64,000 nucleotides of DNA from contig JAYWIR010000090.1 in NCBI GenBank assembly GCA_036172245.1, positions 1 to 64,000 of the forward strand, in the 5' to 3' direction. Position 1 is the stretch's first letter; each line of letters opens with the position of its first letter. Below, in pieces: positions 26,435-39,403 of this stretch. Below the pieces are notes generated by a model, which had not been told where the DNA came from, searched no databases, and saw nothing but the letters and a program-made list of their open reading frames with translations. Position numbers and translations under genes: made by a program. The DNA is from Raillietiella orientalis. Its lineage: Eukaryota.

Positions 26435-29400
26435 ATGTCCTTATGGATAGCTTTCCAGAAGGTACAAGAAACCTTTGTTTAAACTCTTTGAGAGATTTTA
26501 ATACAGATACATAGCGCGAAGCAGAATAATCACAGCTGCAAATGTATAAAATTACTCGTCTTCTTGATTTAGAAATTACTTTCCGAAATATACTTTCTCT
26601 TCATATACTGCGAAATAAGAGATACCGGCTTTCTGCATAAAAAGAGACTGTGAATATTTCAATTTGAATTTCACCTTATTTTTGTGAAAAGTTTTAGTGA
26701 TCAACAAATAAACGTAGAATTCGTAACTGTCCTCGATTGTGCAAGGAAATGACGGTTCCCTTCAGTTAAAGGGAAGGACTCTCACAGCTTTCGATTCAAA
26801 ATAATTATCGGATAAATCGCATCACTGTACGATTTCTACCGAAATGAAACGTATTCTAATTTTCGAGACATCAAACCCCCGCTTCTGCCAGTACCTTTTG
26901 ATTGTGCAAAATATATTAGCGATTGTACTATACTGTTTAAACCCAAGACTTATGTGCAAAGAATGAAAATAGCTATACGTATGTGAGAGCCTTCTATCAT
27001 CATTTTTCACCTTAAACTCTTATATTATTATTTTGATTGGTCTATTCGATTTTTCAACAATCAGTAATCAAGCCAAATCAGAAATATAGCAATGTTCACT
27101 CATGACGTTTATGCACTTGCTTTAGTGTGTGTTTTCTATAGACTGCTTTCGTATCTTTAGTAGCTTTTCTATTTTTCATTCTGAATTTATTTTCAAAGGT
27201 GTCCATATGAAAGTGAAGTCATAAGAGCTTAAGACGAAATCTTTGTTTGCCATCCTTATTATTTTTATATCATTTGTGATTTTACTTGAACCTTCAGCTC
27301 ATTATAATGTTGATCTTCCTTCAATTGATTGTAAACTTTACCAAATCTCACTTCCCATTTTTATTCCCAGTCTTTGAGATTTTTGTTACCATTATTGTTT
27401 CCATCTCTGTCAATGAAATTACTCATGTCCGCAGTTTTCTTTTCTTTTGATTACATCATTCAAAGATACTCATTTTCTGATTACTTCTTGATTGTCAATA
27501 GATCTATTTTGATCGGCTGCGGAACTAATGAACAAAATTGTCATCTAAAAGACATCTTTTTTATCCATTTGTGATCCGAAGTAGGTGATGATGCCAGTTC
27601 CAAATGGAACTGGTAAATTGATGGTTTCAATTCATATGAATATAGAGAGAAAATCGCGTTCATATGGAGATAAAACTGTGCTTCAGTTTCAATTCATGTC
27701 CAGCATAATAGAAGTACATGTACTCCCAGCTTTCACGCGAAATACGTATTCAGACTTGTTTCTTATCACAATGGCATATTGTAAAATCAAAGTGAAAGTT
27801 TAAATCAAAGTTTCTTTGATGCAATGACCTAGGTTTTGATGTTTCTCTTTGCATAGAATCCCTTTTGGAATTTTATTCGTAGGGTAGATATGCAACATTC
27901 TCATGAATGACAACATAAAGGTTTTGCATCTTTGGATGTACAACCTTTGTTCGTGTTTGCAAAATTCAGTTGCCAGGTTGAACAATTACAGCTCCCTCGA
28001 CCAAAATTTCCATTCATTATGGTGTACCGCCTGTTTTGGTTTGGGTACATCTAGATGCTGTACCTCGACGAAACTCTGGCTCTTGACTTCTCATGTGAAG
28101 GTTTCCACATGGGAAAATGTATTAATCTAGTTACTGTCGCATTAACAGTTGAACATGATTGCAAACTCTCTGGACGCAGAGGTTGCTGAGTTTCATGTCG
28201 AACGGGTCTCATGTTCGAGTCGAGAAACGTGGTTTGCCTTTGCATTCTAAAAGAGGGCGTATGAATTAGCCTTGCTCAAATCTGAAACTATGATGTGTCA
28301 TTCTGTAGTGCAAATTAAAAATCCTTCACTAATTAATTCACAACTTTTAAGGTTTCGGAAAGAAAATTTGTATCGTCTCCGAACCAACGCAAAAATGAAA
28401 AATAGTACTGATATGATTAATATTTACCGCATACGCTAAAACTGGAAGCATCAAGTTCGTTTTTATAACTGGGTAAAATTGCAGATCTAGTAAAAACAAG
28501 ATTTCTGTATCACATTAAAGATTCTTTTAAGCGTTTCTGGCATTTAAACATTCTTTTGAATAACAGGGTTGACACACTGAGTAGTTGTCATTTTCTGGTT
28601 GAGGGATAAACGTTTTTCAAAAACGATTTGTCTTCTAGTTGACTGATTTTGCCCTCTGTATAAAGTCAAGTTTATATAAATGCAATGGTTTAGTATTGTG
28701 TTTATAGACTTTACACATTATACCACTAGAAATTCATCGGTTCACTTCGGAAACATCGCGCAGATTTTTGTTTCTTCCCCTCAGTACATTAGTTGACTTA
28801 TAAAATGGTTTCGCATGCCTAATGAGACCAAAGTTTTAGGAGAATTTCCAAAACCTTCACAAATTTTGTACCGGTAAATCAGGATTAATGTGATTAGTGC
28901 GATTCAACCTTAGTGAACATAATGTCACTCACCATGGAGAAATTGTGCTGATTCCGTTTCGATGCTGTTTTTAGCTCCTCTTCAGAAAGTTTTCGAACAC
29001 GAAATAAATGTAAATAATCGGTGAGTAGACTGTTGAAACGGTTTTCTTTTGTGGATAATTTTCACGTTTGCTGCATGCTTCCCATGACCCGGACTTCGAG
29101 AGCTCAACAGCATTCCTTTAAAAATAATTCAGTAGTTTTACAGTTAAACTAAAAATTGTCCGGAAAAAGCTGCAAATTTTTAATTCATTTTGGCTATCAG
29201 TTTACACTTGGGAATGATTTTCATCTTTGTTCTCCCCCGAATATTTCATTTTGCCATTAACAATCGGAAAAATAGCAAAACTGAAATTTGCATCAGTTCT
29301 TGGAAAAATTCATTCTAAATTACCTTTGGATTTTAATAATGATCTCATTTAATGTTTTTTGTTTCTTTTTATACATAAGGGAAAACGCGTTACTCAGCAC

Positions 29401-31419
29401 ACAGATGTCAAGTTACCATCGATAAAAGACTCATATTGTTCAGATCATTACAAATTCAAGTCAGTATTCTTTGGATGAATCAAATTTCGAATCGTCACAT
29501 GCATGCATGGAACTTTGTGTCGCAAGTGCAATCTACAGTTCGATTACCTGTTTGTCTTCTACTGTGCTCTGCCGCCTTTTTTGTGCAAATGCACCCAACT
29601 CCAGTAGAATTTCGATCTAAGTTAAAGAGTCGTTAGCCGTGAGCTTTTATGATTATACTCTTCAAGTCATGTCTTCAAGTAACTGAAACAATAAATGAAA
29701 GTTTTGCTGCTCGTTATCCGAAGCAGCAATGCAACCAGCACTTGATAAATCAATTAAGCGAATTCATTTAAGCATTCATTCTGGAAATTTAGTAAAATCT
29801 TGTGCATCTAAATGCGATTTGACGAAAAAATATCGAAGTAAAAATAAATGTTTTCAAGGGTTTCGATTTTTATGTTTAGATCCCCCAGTCTTTCGTGTGC
29901 ATGAATTGCCTCACCAATAAATGTTTTCAAGGGTTTCTCAAATTGCACCATCAGGCTTCAGATTGCATCGTTGATGTGTCTCTAATCTCTGGAATCACTA
30001 ATTAAAGCTTATCTTTCAAAACTGCAATAACAAATTAAATTGACTAGCTTTTTATAAGAACAATTTGCCTTTCATATTAGCAAGTGTTCTGAGTAATCTT
30101 TAGTTCTCATGTAATTTCGTATAATTGGTTTGTCAAGAGTCTGTTAGCATCAATTTGGTTGCGATTTCAGGATTCATCATGGGACTCGGTGATCTTGTAA
30201 GTCAACTCGCTATAGAAGGAAAATTTCCGGAATTCGAGTGGCAGAGATCCGTTAAGTTTGCTTTGCTGGGAATTTGCTTGACTGTAAGACGCATTACTTT
30301 TTTGCTCTTTCATTTTCACCTCAGGGACCTGCTGTACGAACATGGTATCTCATACTGGATAAAAAACTTGTAAAGGAAGGGTCTGCAAGCACTACAATTC
30401 AAGCCTTGAGGAAAATGATGCTGGACCAGTTTTTATTTTCTCCCTGTTTTATGCTTGTGATGCTCACTGTATTGTCAGTAATAGAAACAGGTGATGGCTC
30501 TTTAGTCAGAAGAAGACTGGAGAGCGATTACATAAGTCTTTTGCTTTCCAATTATATGGTAATTTTCTTAAAAAGTTTTCAGTGTGCTTGAATTGGTTGT
30601 GATTTACGGTCATTTATGATCAGATCGGTTTGAATTTCAGAACAGTTATTTCTATGTTAAGAGCAAAAACAGTTAGCAAGGGAGTAACATCCTAACGAGA
30701 ATAAATGAATATTTATAGGTGTGTTAAAAATAAGAAAAGCATCCTACTCGAAATCTTTGGCACCCTGACAGTTTTTAATAGTGCCCAGTTGGTTGTGCAT
30801 ATTATTTTTGCGCGCCTATAGTGGATTCGAAGACAAGGCAGGCTATTTGTGTGCGTTTGTTAAGTTTTTTATGACGAAGTTATGGATTTCATCTGAACTT
30901 AGCGCTTTTTAAACTCAGAGTTTGCAATTATCTATATCTTGAATCAAACAATTTTAGAAATCAATGGCTGTGTTCTTTAATGAATTTACATCCACAACCG
31001 TTTCTGCTTTCCTGCTTCCTTTGTTCACTCCTCCTAAAGATGCGGATATTAAGTTTCTGACCTAATGTAATCTTTATTGCTTCACTGTTCATCGTCTTTT
31101 CTCCATGAGGTTTTCTTTACTGTGTTCTAGTATAAGATTCTTCACTAGCAGTGCATGTTGTGGGCGGCAGATGATGAACTCCATGTTTCAATTACCTATC
31201 AGTAACCGTAGTAATGCCTTGTCGACAGGGCACATAAACGGTCCTCTAAAAAGCTATCTTTTTCAGGTTTGGCCTGGAGTACAGTTTTGTAATTTTTACT
31301 TTGTTCCTCTGAATTACCGCATCCTGCTCTCCCAGGCTGTGGGCTTCATGTGGAATATTTATTTTGCGTGGAAGACACATCACTCTATCACTGTTCTCAA
31401 TCAGAGTTCTGCGGAATGA
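26435..31419 (+). CDS. MPV17: Mpv17/PMP22 family membrane protein (clear exons 30171-30283, 30325-30558, 31267-31419; candidate first exon 26435-26461)
   Basis: GFIMGLGDLVSQLAIE, GPAVRTWYLILD, KMMLDQFLFSP and NY.VWPGVQFCNFYFVPLNYR..WNIY. The candidate start MSLWIAFQK resembles the MPV17 N-terminus, but the linking exon was not identified. Confidence 0.8.
29843..29937. repeat. 22-bp direct repeat flanking a 51-bp insert
   Basis: aataaatgttttcaagggtttc at 29843-29864 and 29916-29937. Confidence 0.8.
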
Positions 31420-31449
31420 AGTGGACAGTGATGAGACAATAAACTGTGA

Positions 31450-33400
31450 CTTTGGCGGGAGCTAGTTAAGGAAATATCTTTGTGCTTGTGCATGCCCAGA
31501 TGGCTCGAATTCGTGAGTTGTGGTTCTTTGGTTTATTGAATACTATCAGGATAGCTGTACTCATTCGGTGCAACGACGGCTTTTTCTTGTGTAGAAAAAG
31601 TCGCTCTCGTCGACAGGAAATTTCCAGATTCTCGGAGCATTTGCAACGAATTTCCGAAGCACAACGTCTTTTTCGTATGTCCTTGATGTTTTCAGTTTTG
31701 CGATTCTTCAGCATCAGGAGCCTTGCAAAAGTGCAGTTCATAAGGAAGCGTCTCCAAATTATTTCCTCCATTCCCTGGAGGAATGATGGAGTGAACCATT
31801 TAATCGCATCATTTTATCATAGACGTCGGTGCTCGCGACCAGAAGAGCCAAGTTGAGCTCTTTGCAGATTTCGTAGACAATTCGACTAATAGCGTTGGAT
31901 TCTGCAAGGCATTGAAGCGCTGTTGACTGATTACAAGCTAAGAGAGCTCTATGCAATTCGTGGATCCACCAAACGCTTTCTTCAGCTATTTGAATTCCTA
32001 CGGAAGTGACTCCAGTTAATATGGGAGAGCAGACGATGTGATTAAGAACGCACATCTGGATCAGCTTCGGTTACTCCGTCGCTAAAGCAGCGGAATAATC
32101 GAAGAGGAAAAATTGTTCTAACCGCAGAACGCTAATTGGTTCGAAGAGGAACAGAAAGAGGGATGAGTTTTTCCAGCCTGTTCTTTCGGGAAACTGCGGC
32201 CAAAAAAGATATTACAAGGAGCATCTTGTGAAAGAAAAACCGGGATGATTCGTTGGAACAAGCTGCCCGGAGAGGCCAAAGAGACTCTGAGGCCCAGACT
32301 CAATAGGAGATGCAAAGCACCACTCGGCAGTCGGACGAGCAGTAAAAGGAGCACCTCCGGGACAACGTTGAAATCGTTTGTGATCCTAGGAACAGTGAAA
32401 TAGGAAGAGGAACGATGGAGCGTGCTAGAAAATACTCTTTGCTCAGGAAATGCATTCTTCGCAAGTGAGATGAAGGAGAAGCGGAGCAAACAGCCAAGCA
32501 TGTCCATCTCCTCTCTGCAAAACTATCGGGGAACAGTCTCTCGAAGGCTTACTGCATGAGAAAGGTAAGCAGATGTAGGACTTTCTGATATGGACAGCAA
32601 CACGCAGACTCGCTCAGAAGCAGAGAATTTGACAAAGAGCGAACCCACCGTTCACAACGGAATTGAATCGACTTGCGGGATTAAGTGAATCCGACAGTCA
32701 TCGAGGCATATTCGAATGAGAAGAACAGTAATCCTGATCAGAGAGATCCGTAGCGTTCCACAGGAGACTGCGATGAAACCATTTCGAAAATGTTTCAGCA
32801 GATCCATTCCAAGCACCAAATCATGAAGGAGATCCTATCCTTTGGTCTCAAGAGTTTTTGATTTCAACGACACACATTTTTGGGAATTTCTCATTTAAAG
32901 GAACATGTCAGAGAACCCTTGCTTCTTGTGTTTCCGAGTTTGACACGGTTCTCTTTTATTTTGCTCCCCAACAGAAGTCGAATGATCCATGAATCATCAC
33001 TTTCAGCAAAAAAAAATTCCACAAGTATCATGTGGGGTCAAACGCTAACAGTCTTCGGCATTTTCGTAAAAATCTTATGCTCTTTTGGTGCTGCCTGTCT
33101 GTGACGACTAATCTCCGCTACAAGATTCTCATCTACTCCAACCATCTTCCTTCCCATATACTGCTGCTCTCTTTGCGCTTAAATTCCGCACGTAGTAGAT
33201 AGCGAATCCGGAGATCATATCGATCCATCGCGAACCCTTTCGTCAAGCGAACCGGGAGAAGATCGGAAAGCAAAAGTCACGGCAAGAAGCCACGTTCTTT
33301 GCTTATTTGGGACACTTTTTCGTTTCCAGGAGTGTCACGGATGGCTTTGCAGATTCCATCGTTGGTTTCCATCGTTCCTCACCTCACATCGTTCCTATGA
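31450..33400 (+). mobile_element. Degenerate ORF1/endonuclease remnant of the L1/Tx1-like family
   Basis: GC-richer than host DNA. Knuckle-like GNCGQKRYYKEH near 32190, EEERWSVL (W.VV motif) near 32410, and WGQTLTVFGIF near 33030 resembling the endonuclease W..L...NVY strand. Confidence 0.4.
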
Positions 33401-33419
33401 AAGATGGGGACGATGGAAA

Positions 33420-34640
33420 GACACTGATGGGAAAATAAGTTTGATAACATTGCTCCATTTTTCATGGGCGATCTATCCTTAGTCTCTGACAAGTAAGCCA
33501 GGAGTAACGGGTTTATCGCCTACACTTTGTCAGCCTGAGTAGCCAGTACTTGCCTTTGGGGTGAGGATGACAGTTTGTGAAGCAGACACGAACAGAGACT
33601 CGTAGCCTTCTTTTGAATCCATCGTCCAAAGCCTTGAGTGCTGGTTGACTGGAAAGGAAGACGAGGCAAGTCATCCGATCCCTTTAGAATCAAACCAGAA
33701 AGACTCCGATAATGATCCCACGCCCGAGCACTGGAGATTTCACTAACTCACCTTGCTGCCCTCCGCAAGCCCTCTCGAGAGGTGCTACGCTCCCTTTCTT
33801 CGGGCACCAGGACATCGTCCTCTTGAGCTTCCGAAAGACGAGACCTGTTGGGTTGCATAGAGTTTAGTTTGCGGGGAAGAACAAGTGCATTCTTGCTGCC
33901 CAACTTTGTAAAACAGCAGCCTGCCTGGGAGCTAAGACATCCTTGTAGAAAAAAACGATTACGTCAGAGATGCCATCTATGCCCTCTCGAGACAAAATCT
34001 TCGATCAAAAATGCCTTTCCAATTAAAAAACATTTCATGCATCAAAGCAAGAAGAAGACCCGAGCTAAACTCTAGATTTTCTGAGGCCCACACAGGTACT
34101 TTGATGCGGATGTTGCTACCCTCGCGGTTGGCACGCCCCACTGGAACCGGGTAGCAGCAATGCAGAGAAGTGCTTAACGGCTGAGACTCTGCAGAGCGCC
34201 TTCACGTGTACTGGTAGCTTGCGGCTCTCATGCTGGCAGAACCTCTCAGAGAGGGAGCTGTCACAGCGAAGTCGTCGCCCGACCTCAGAGGACTGGCGAG
34301 TCCGCCCCTGGACTCCAAGTTGGTCGTGGTTAGTCCCGCTAGCGATGAACTTACCCAGATCGGGGAACTGTCGCCGTTCTGGTATGAGGGACTGCTCACT
34401 TTATGAACTGAGCTTCTGTTGCCTCTCGTATGCCAGAAACTACCTGGCTGTTCTCACGTTCTAGCCGTCGCTCCTGCAAGGGGCGTGCTCGTCAGCGGAC
34501 CATCACTGTTCGAAGCAATGCTTGCCGTCCAGAGCAGTCACGCCCATCCGGGTCCACTGGTGGGAAGCCCCACGGCTTCCCGCTAGTGGAATTCAGCGAC
34601 ATCCATCCGAGAAAAACGCACATTTCGGTCTAAGGGATCT
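33420..34640 (-). mobile_element. Degenerate ORF2 (post-RT) and possible ORF1-tail remnants of the same family
   Basis: Minus-strand SKYL near 34100 and KDVLAPRQAA near 33930 (element C has KDLVAPRQDA). An S/T/P-rich stretch ends in MRAAS near 34230. Confidence 0.45.
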
Positions 34641-34656
34641 GGAACCGGGTAGCAGC
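34141..34656. repeat. 18-bp direct repeat (34141-34158, 34639-34656) flanking about 480 bp
   Basis: ctggaaccgggtagcagc occurs at both positions. Confidence 0.8.
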
Positions 34657-35105
34657 CTTTCATCAAACAGAGCGTAGTGACCTTTTCAGAAAATTACTCG
34701 CATTTCCTCGGTCCTAGTTTGAATCAATTGTTTTTATTTGTTTTTTTTTTTTTACTAATTGCACCTTCGGCCTTGTGTAACGAGCATTCCTTGTGTAGGA
34801 CAGTTTCCTTGTGTTGTCGCTGGTCTAGGCGCCTTTGCAAGTCACAATGTTCTCCAGGAGTCCATGAAGATAAAACACGAATTGTTGCATCTTCATTTCC
34901 TGTACGTGATATCTGTCTTTTCGTCCAACACCTTGAAATAGGTAAAGCATGCAAAAAGCTTCAGAGTGCAACCTTTTACGCAAGGCACAACCATGGCAGG
35001 CATTATTTCGTAAGAGCGGGAAGGAGGGCTGGGGATGGGAGAAAATTAATCGCGATGGACCCTGATGTCTGGAATGAGAACGCCCTGGAGAGATCTCATA
35101 TCCTT
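34657..35105 (+). mobile_element. Degenerate, internally deleted 5' part of an E-like element ending at the ORF2 start
   Basis: T-rich leader, then GRKLIAMDPDVWNENAL, which matches E (GKLMPEAIDPAVAS) and the endonuclease WNVNGL motif. Confidence 0.55.
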
Positions 35106-35425
35106 TTTCACAGGGACGTTCACTCATTAAAAATAATAATGATAGTAAAAGGTGGACATTCAAAGGTGGAGCTGAGTTTCCACCAGCATCTTGCGAAGAC
35201 GGGCATACCAGGAGGGAGGAGGGTCTGCACTGACAAATGAACAAATGAAAAATGAAAGAATCCCTTTGAATAAATAACATGAACAAAAAATGCGAAGACG
35301 GGGAAGGTTCACCAGGTTCAATTCCTTTTGACTTTCAGTCCTTGCAGGATTCAGACGACGTCTTTCTTCGCTCATAAGGTCAAGCGAGATCACGTTGCCG
35401 TTCTAGGTCTTTCAAAGATGGATAA
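35106..35425 (-). mobile_element. Degenerate 3' end/3' UTR of the family
   Basis: Minus-strand agtgaacgtccctgtg (35124-35109) resembles AATAAACGTCCCGGCG. The UTR is pyrimidine-rich and contains gtatgcccg, as in B. Confidence 0.5.
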
Positions 35426-35429
35426 AGGG

Positions 35430-36934
35430 AGGAGTGCTTCGCACCGCTACTGACACAATTCCATCGGCAAGACCGACTACCTCAATGCTGGATGTGCGCA
35501 ACATGGTTACCTCATCCGGCCGGCGTGAGTCCATCTCGGATGGCGAGACAACAGCACGATTTTTTCTGGAGTTCCACTTGGCTGGAGGTGGTTGCATTCC
35601 GAGGTCCAGAAGCAGGCTTCGCACTCTAGTAAAAGGTGAGGGATGGATCTGCACCTCAGGAAGTTTGAAGAATATTCCTTTTCCTCTCTCCCCTGCCAGT
35701 CAGGTGATCACGACGTATTCTGCACATGATTCGCACCATCGTCCTCTGAATGCAAAGCCGAAAAGTTGAGAAGGGATGGGATGGCTGTCTTTCGCCCCAG
35801 CAATCTCTTCCTGATTTGTCTGCATTGGGTCTTAGGTCGCATAATCAGTCCAATTGTGAACCAACGTATCGTCCTTCTCATGAGCACGAAAGCGATCGCA
35901 AAAGAGCGTCTACTCTTCCTACCTCTGCTGGATCATACGAACACTCGATAACAAGAGAAGATGCAGCAGCTGATGGCGTCGAAAGAGCAAAAGTCTTCCA
36001 TAGCAAATCCAGAAGATCATAATGTTTCTGGCATGCTGCGGGCTTGTGCATCCCCGAAGCTTACGTGGTATGCCCTGAATGATGCCTTACCGAGCAATCC
36101 CTTCTTGAGACATCCTCGCAGTAGAGGCGTGATGTCACTGCTCGTTGCACTAGGAACCCTAGTTTACCAAAAAGGATCTAGTAGGAAACCTGTGATCTCG
36201 AGGAGTTTTGTGGAGAACCCTCGAGGAATTCTTGCCATCTCTGAATACCTAGGGAAGTTTGATTGGACAAAGTCGTGTGCGCCAGTCGGAACCATTCCTT
36301 AATTGTGCAATTAGCAAAATGGTTTACCACCCATGTCTCAGAAGAATCCCCGACAAAGAGGTGCAGAAGAAGGAGCAGAATTACGAAAACATGAGGATGC
36401 TCTCTGATGCATGCCATCACACAGGTGTGGATGGCACGGCACTCTAGTGTCACGCAGAAAAGTAGGGGTCGAGATCGAATAAGTGAGAGCTCCAATTGCA
36501 GGATCAGGAGCAGTTACCTGCCAGTAAATAAAGGAGAACTCCACAATTTGAGAAACTTTGTGATCACAAAGTCAGTTCTCAAAGGGACTCTTGGGCGGTT
36601 GAACATCACTCTTCAGTCCTTTAGCATTATTTCGCTGGAGGCGGCGTAGGTGAAAAACTTCTACATTCTGCAGCAGAGCGAAGAGCCCGGTAACCACAAG
36701 CAGTTTATTGATACCCACGAAGCGCGGTGTATTGGTACATGCTTGGGTGGAGCTGCCTTTCCTTCAGCAAAGGACTCAATGAACCATCGGTGAGTGTAAC
36801 TGGGGGGCGAGAACGTCCACTATGAAGCATTCGGGAGAATATGCATATCTTTAAGTGCTCCATGACAAGATCCTCCTGAAGTCCGCTCTCCTTGACAACT
36901 CTTTCCCTCCCCAAGTTGTGGTTCTGCACTCACC
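35430..36934 (+). mobile_element. Degenerate ORF2 5' half (endonuclease to about RT domain 3)
   Basis: Peptides in the expected order: SMLDVRNMV..GRR, GMAVFRPSNL...GRII, EDHN, TGVDG, YLPVNKGELHNLRNF (compare LLPKGGDLRQLNNW) and KILLKSALLDNSFP. Confidence 0.65.
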
Positions 36935-37970
36935 TTTCCCACCGGGGAGTTTATTCCATAAAAGAACAAAGAAACAAATTGGAAATCAGATTCTCAATGG
37001 AAACAGCAAGCTCATGAGGAAGGATAACCTATTGGTCATAGAGAATTTTCGGAGTGGGAGGGAAGGGGACAATAAATAAATAAAAAAGGAGGAAGGATAG
37101 AGGGGAAGGGTCCTCCTCCTTCCTTTCTCGAAGCGAAGCAGATTGCTGGAGATTTCCCTTACAGCTTCTTCCCAATAGAGCCACCTCTCTTCAGTTATCC
37201 TATAAATCATGCATGTCCACCAAAGGCTCACTGTATCATCCCGTCTGTCCGAACATACACTTCCTGAAAATCAAACAGAAAGATAAAAATGCATCTTTAG
37301 AGGGGATTGATTGACTACCACTCCTTTATGAAAGAAAGGAGCTATTATCCTGGAAAGAAGTCAGGTAGCGTTCTGTCTTCTGCAAGCAACCGGGTGTCCA
37401 TGAAAGAGCATGTCATGGATTCTCTTTTTCTCAAGAAAAAATAAAATCCAATAAACCTCCAGCGAAGGCTCAATGGGGTCCATAGGAAACTTTCAGGAAC
37501 GATTCTTCAATCAAAGCCTTTCGAATGAGAAAAATCTCCAGCTTCTGTTTAGTGATCAAAGCATTCAAATCTTCTAGGAATTCTTCCAGAAAGACGTGTC
37601 AAAACCAAAACGGAAGCATCACCTGATGACCTGCTTTTTTCGGTGTCTCCGATGTGAAGTTCATGGATGCTCAATAGAGAGGGCAGAGAATACATCAGCT
37701 GGGAGACCCGGAGGAAGCACTGAATAGCGTCAATCGAACCATGAAGCAATGGAAAAAAATCCCACCTCTCAGTGTCTAATGATTATCGTTTATTCATTCT
37801 CTGATCACCTTTATCACTCAACTGTGAACACGTGTAGGAACGATCATGACCTTTGTAATTTGATCCCCATACCAGCAAATAGGCACTCTCAGAACTCAGA
37901 ACTCTCAGCACTCTCAAACATCCAACCTGGCTGAGAAACGCTCTCATGAATTCATTCATGTATCACTGGA
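36935..37970 (-). mobile_element. Degenerate ORF2 3' part and 3' UTR of the family
   Basis: Minus-strand AATAAACTCCCCGG (36955-36942). The UTR segment ttatttattgtccccttcc is shared with B. C-terminal ERWLYWEEAVREISSNLLRF compares with RWSHLRDEVKEDIAGIHRRF in element C. Confidence 0.7.
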
Positions 37971-39403
37971 AATTGTGGAAAAAAATGCGGAAATGAAATT
38001 AGAAAAAATGCAAGCACCCACTGTGGGGACTAGGACAGACTAGGACTACTTTTCCTTTGAGACCATTTTTAAGAACGTTTATTGGCCTGAAATCCAATGT
38101 TCTGCACCTGCTAACTGTCGTCACAACAATCATTGTTAAATATTTATCCTTAATTTTCTGTCTTCAAGAAGAACGCAAATCTTCTAGAGGAGCATGTAAT
38201 TTTCTTTAGATGGACACTTGATCAACAGGTCACTATTCATAATCGGTCTCCATCTTTCGGCTGTTCATCTCGATGCATGCTACTGATCTGCTTTGTGGAC
38301 CCAGATAATGATGCATGACTACAGGAAGCAGTTAAAAAAAACCGCCATAGAAGAGCCACAATTAAAAACCACTACAGAAAGAGAGTAATCGATAAAGCAT
38401 CATTTTAGCCACTAGAAGGAGATCTCAGGCAAAGCATCACTTATGAAAAAAAATGCATGGAAGCATCCTTGCATCCCCACTAGAACACTCCTCACTCTTG
38501 AACTGGCACAAAAATATGACGATCGTTGTTACAGACTCCTTCACAAATAATGAAATCAGGAGTTCACGTTACACATGAGAAATCTTTGTACAAGTAAAAT
38601 GAGCTCTTAGAGAGAGAAACTTTCCTGTAAATAAAATAAATAATGTAATCATTGTCATCGATTGCACTGCCATCCGCATCCATTCAACCTCTCGTAGTTT
38701 CACAAATTTCGCAGCTATCCGGAGAGATTCCCTCCCTCTTACGTGGTCCTAAAAGCTCCCAAATGGATTTTAAGAGGGAGAATCCAATGCGGGAATCCTG
38801 CAGATAAATCAATTGTTACCATTTGCAAGTTGCAGTGGTTTCTTTTTCTTCCGGGCTGACACAATGGATGTATGCTATTAGTTACAGAGTACATCAGACT
38901 GCACGGATGAGCAGGGTAATTTTGCCTTTGGATGAATTTGGTCACATGGCCAAATTGAGCCAAAATTCTGTGCCATATTGAAGTCAGTATTTTGCATTAA
39001 TTAAGAAGAATTCTCCCTCTTTGTTGTAAACAAAGCATTCTGTCAAGTTTCCTTTCTACTACTATCTTCATTATAAGAAAGAGTTATAGAATCTTGTTCC
39101 TGTTTTAAAAAAGCATTTGTTTTTAAATGACTTCTTTAGCGGCAACTGTGATGCTATTCTTCAGAGAAAGCAAGGTTTCTATTATAGACGATGTAGGCTT
39201 TGTTTACATTGAAATCGATGTACTACACAGCTCTCAGCGAGCTCATCCATTTGGTTGGTTTGTCCAGTACGTGTAATCCTTCATGTAAGTTTTTCTGTAG
39301 TTGCATCAAATGCTGAAATAGGGGAAACAGTCAGGAAGAAGATTTGACCTCACGGCGAATTACGCATCTACATTTCCATGGCATTAACGGTTTCATCATT
39401 TTT

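Noticed and set aside
31466..32055. Minus-strand ORFs resembling an R2-type restriction-like endonuclease domain
   Set aside because: No convincing CCHC plus PD..D motif; adjacent + strand remnants fit the L1/Tx1-like family better.
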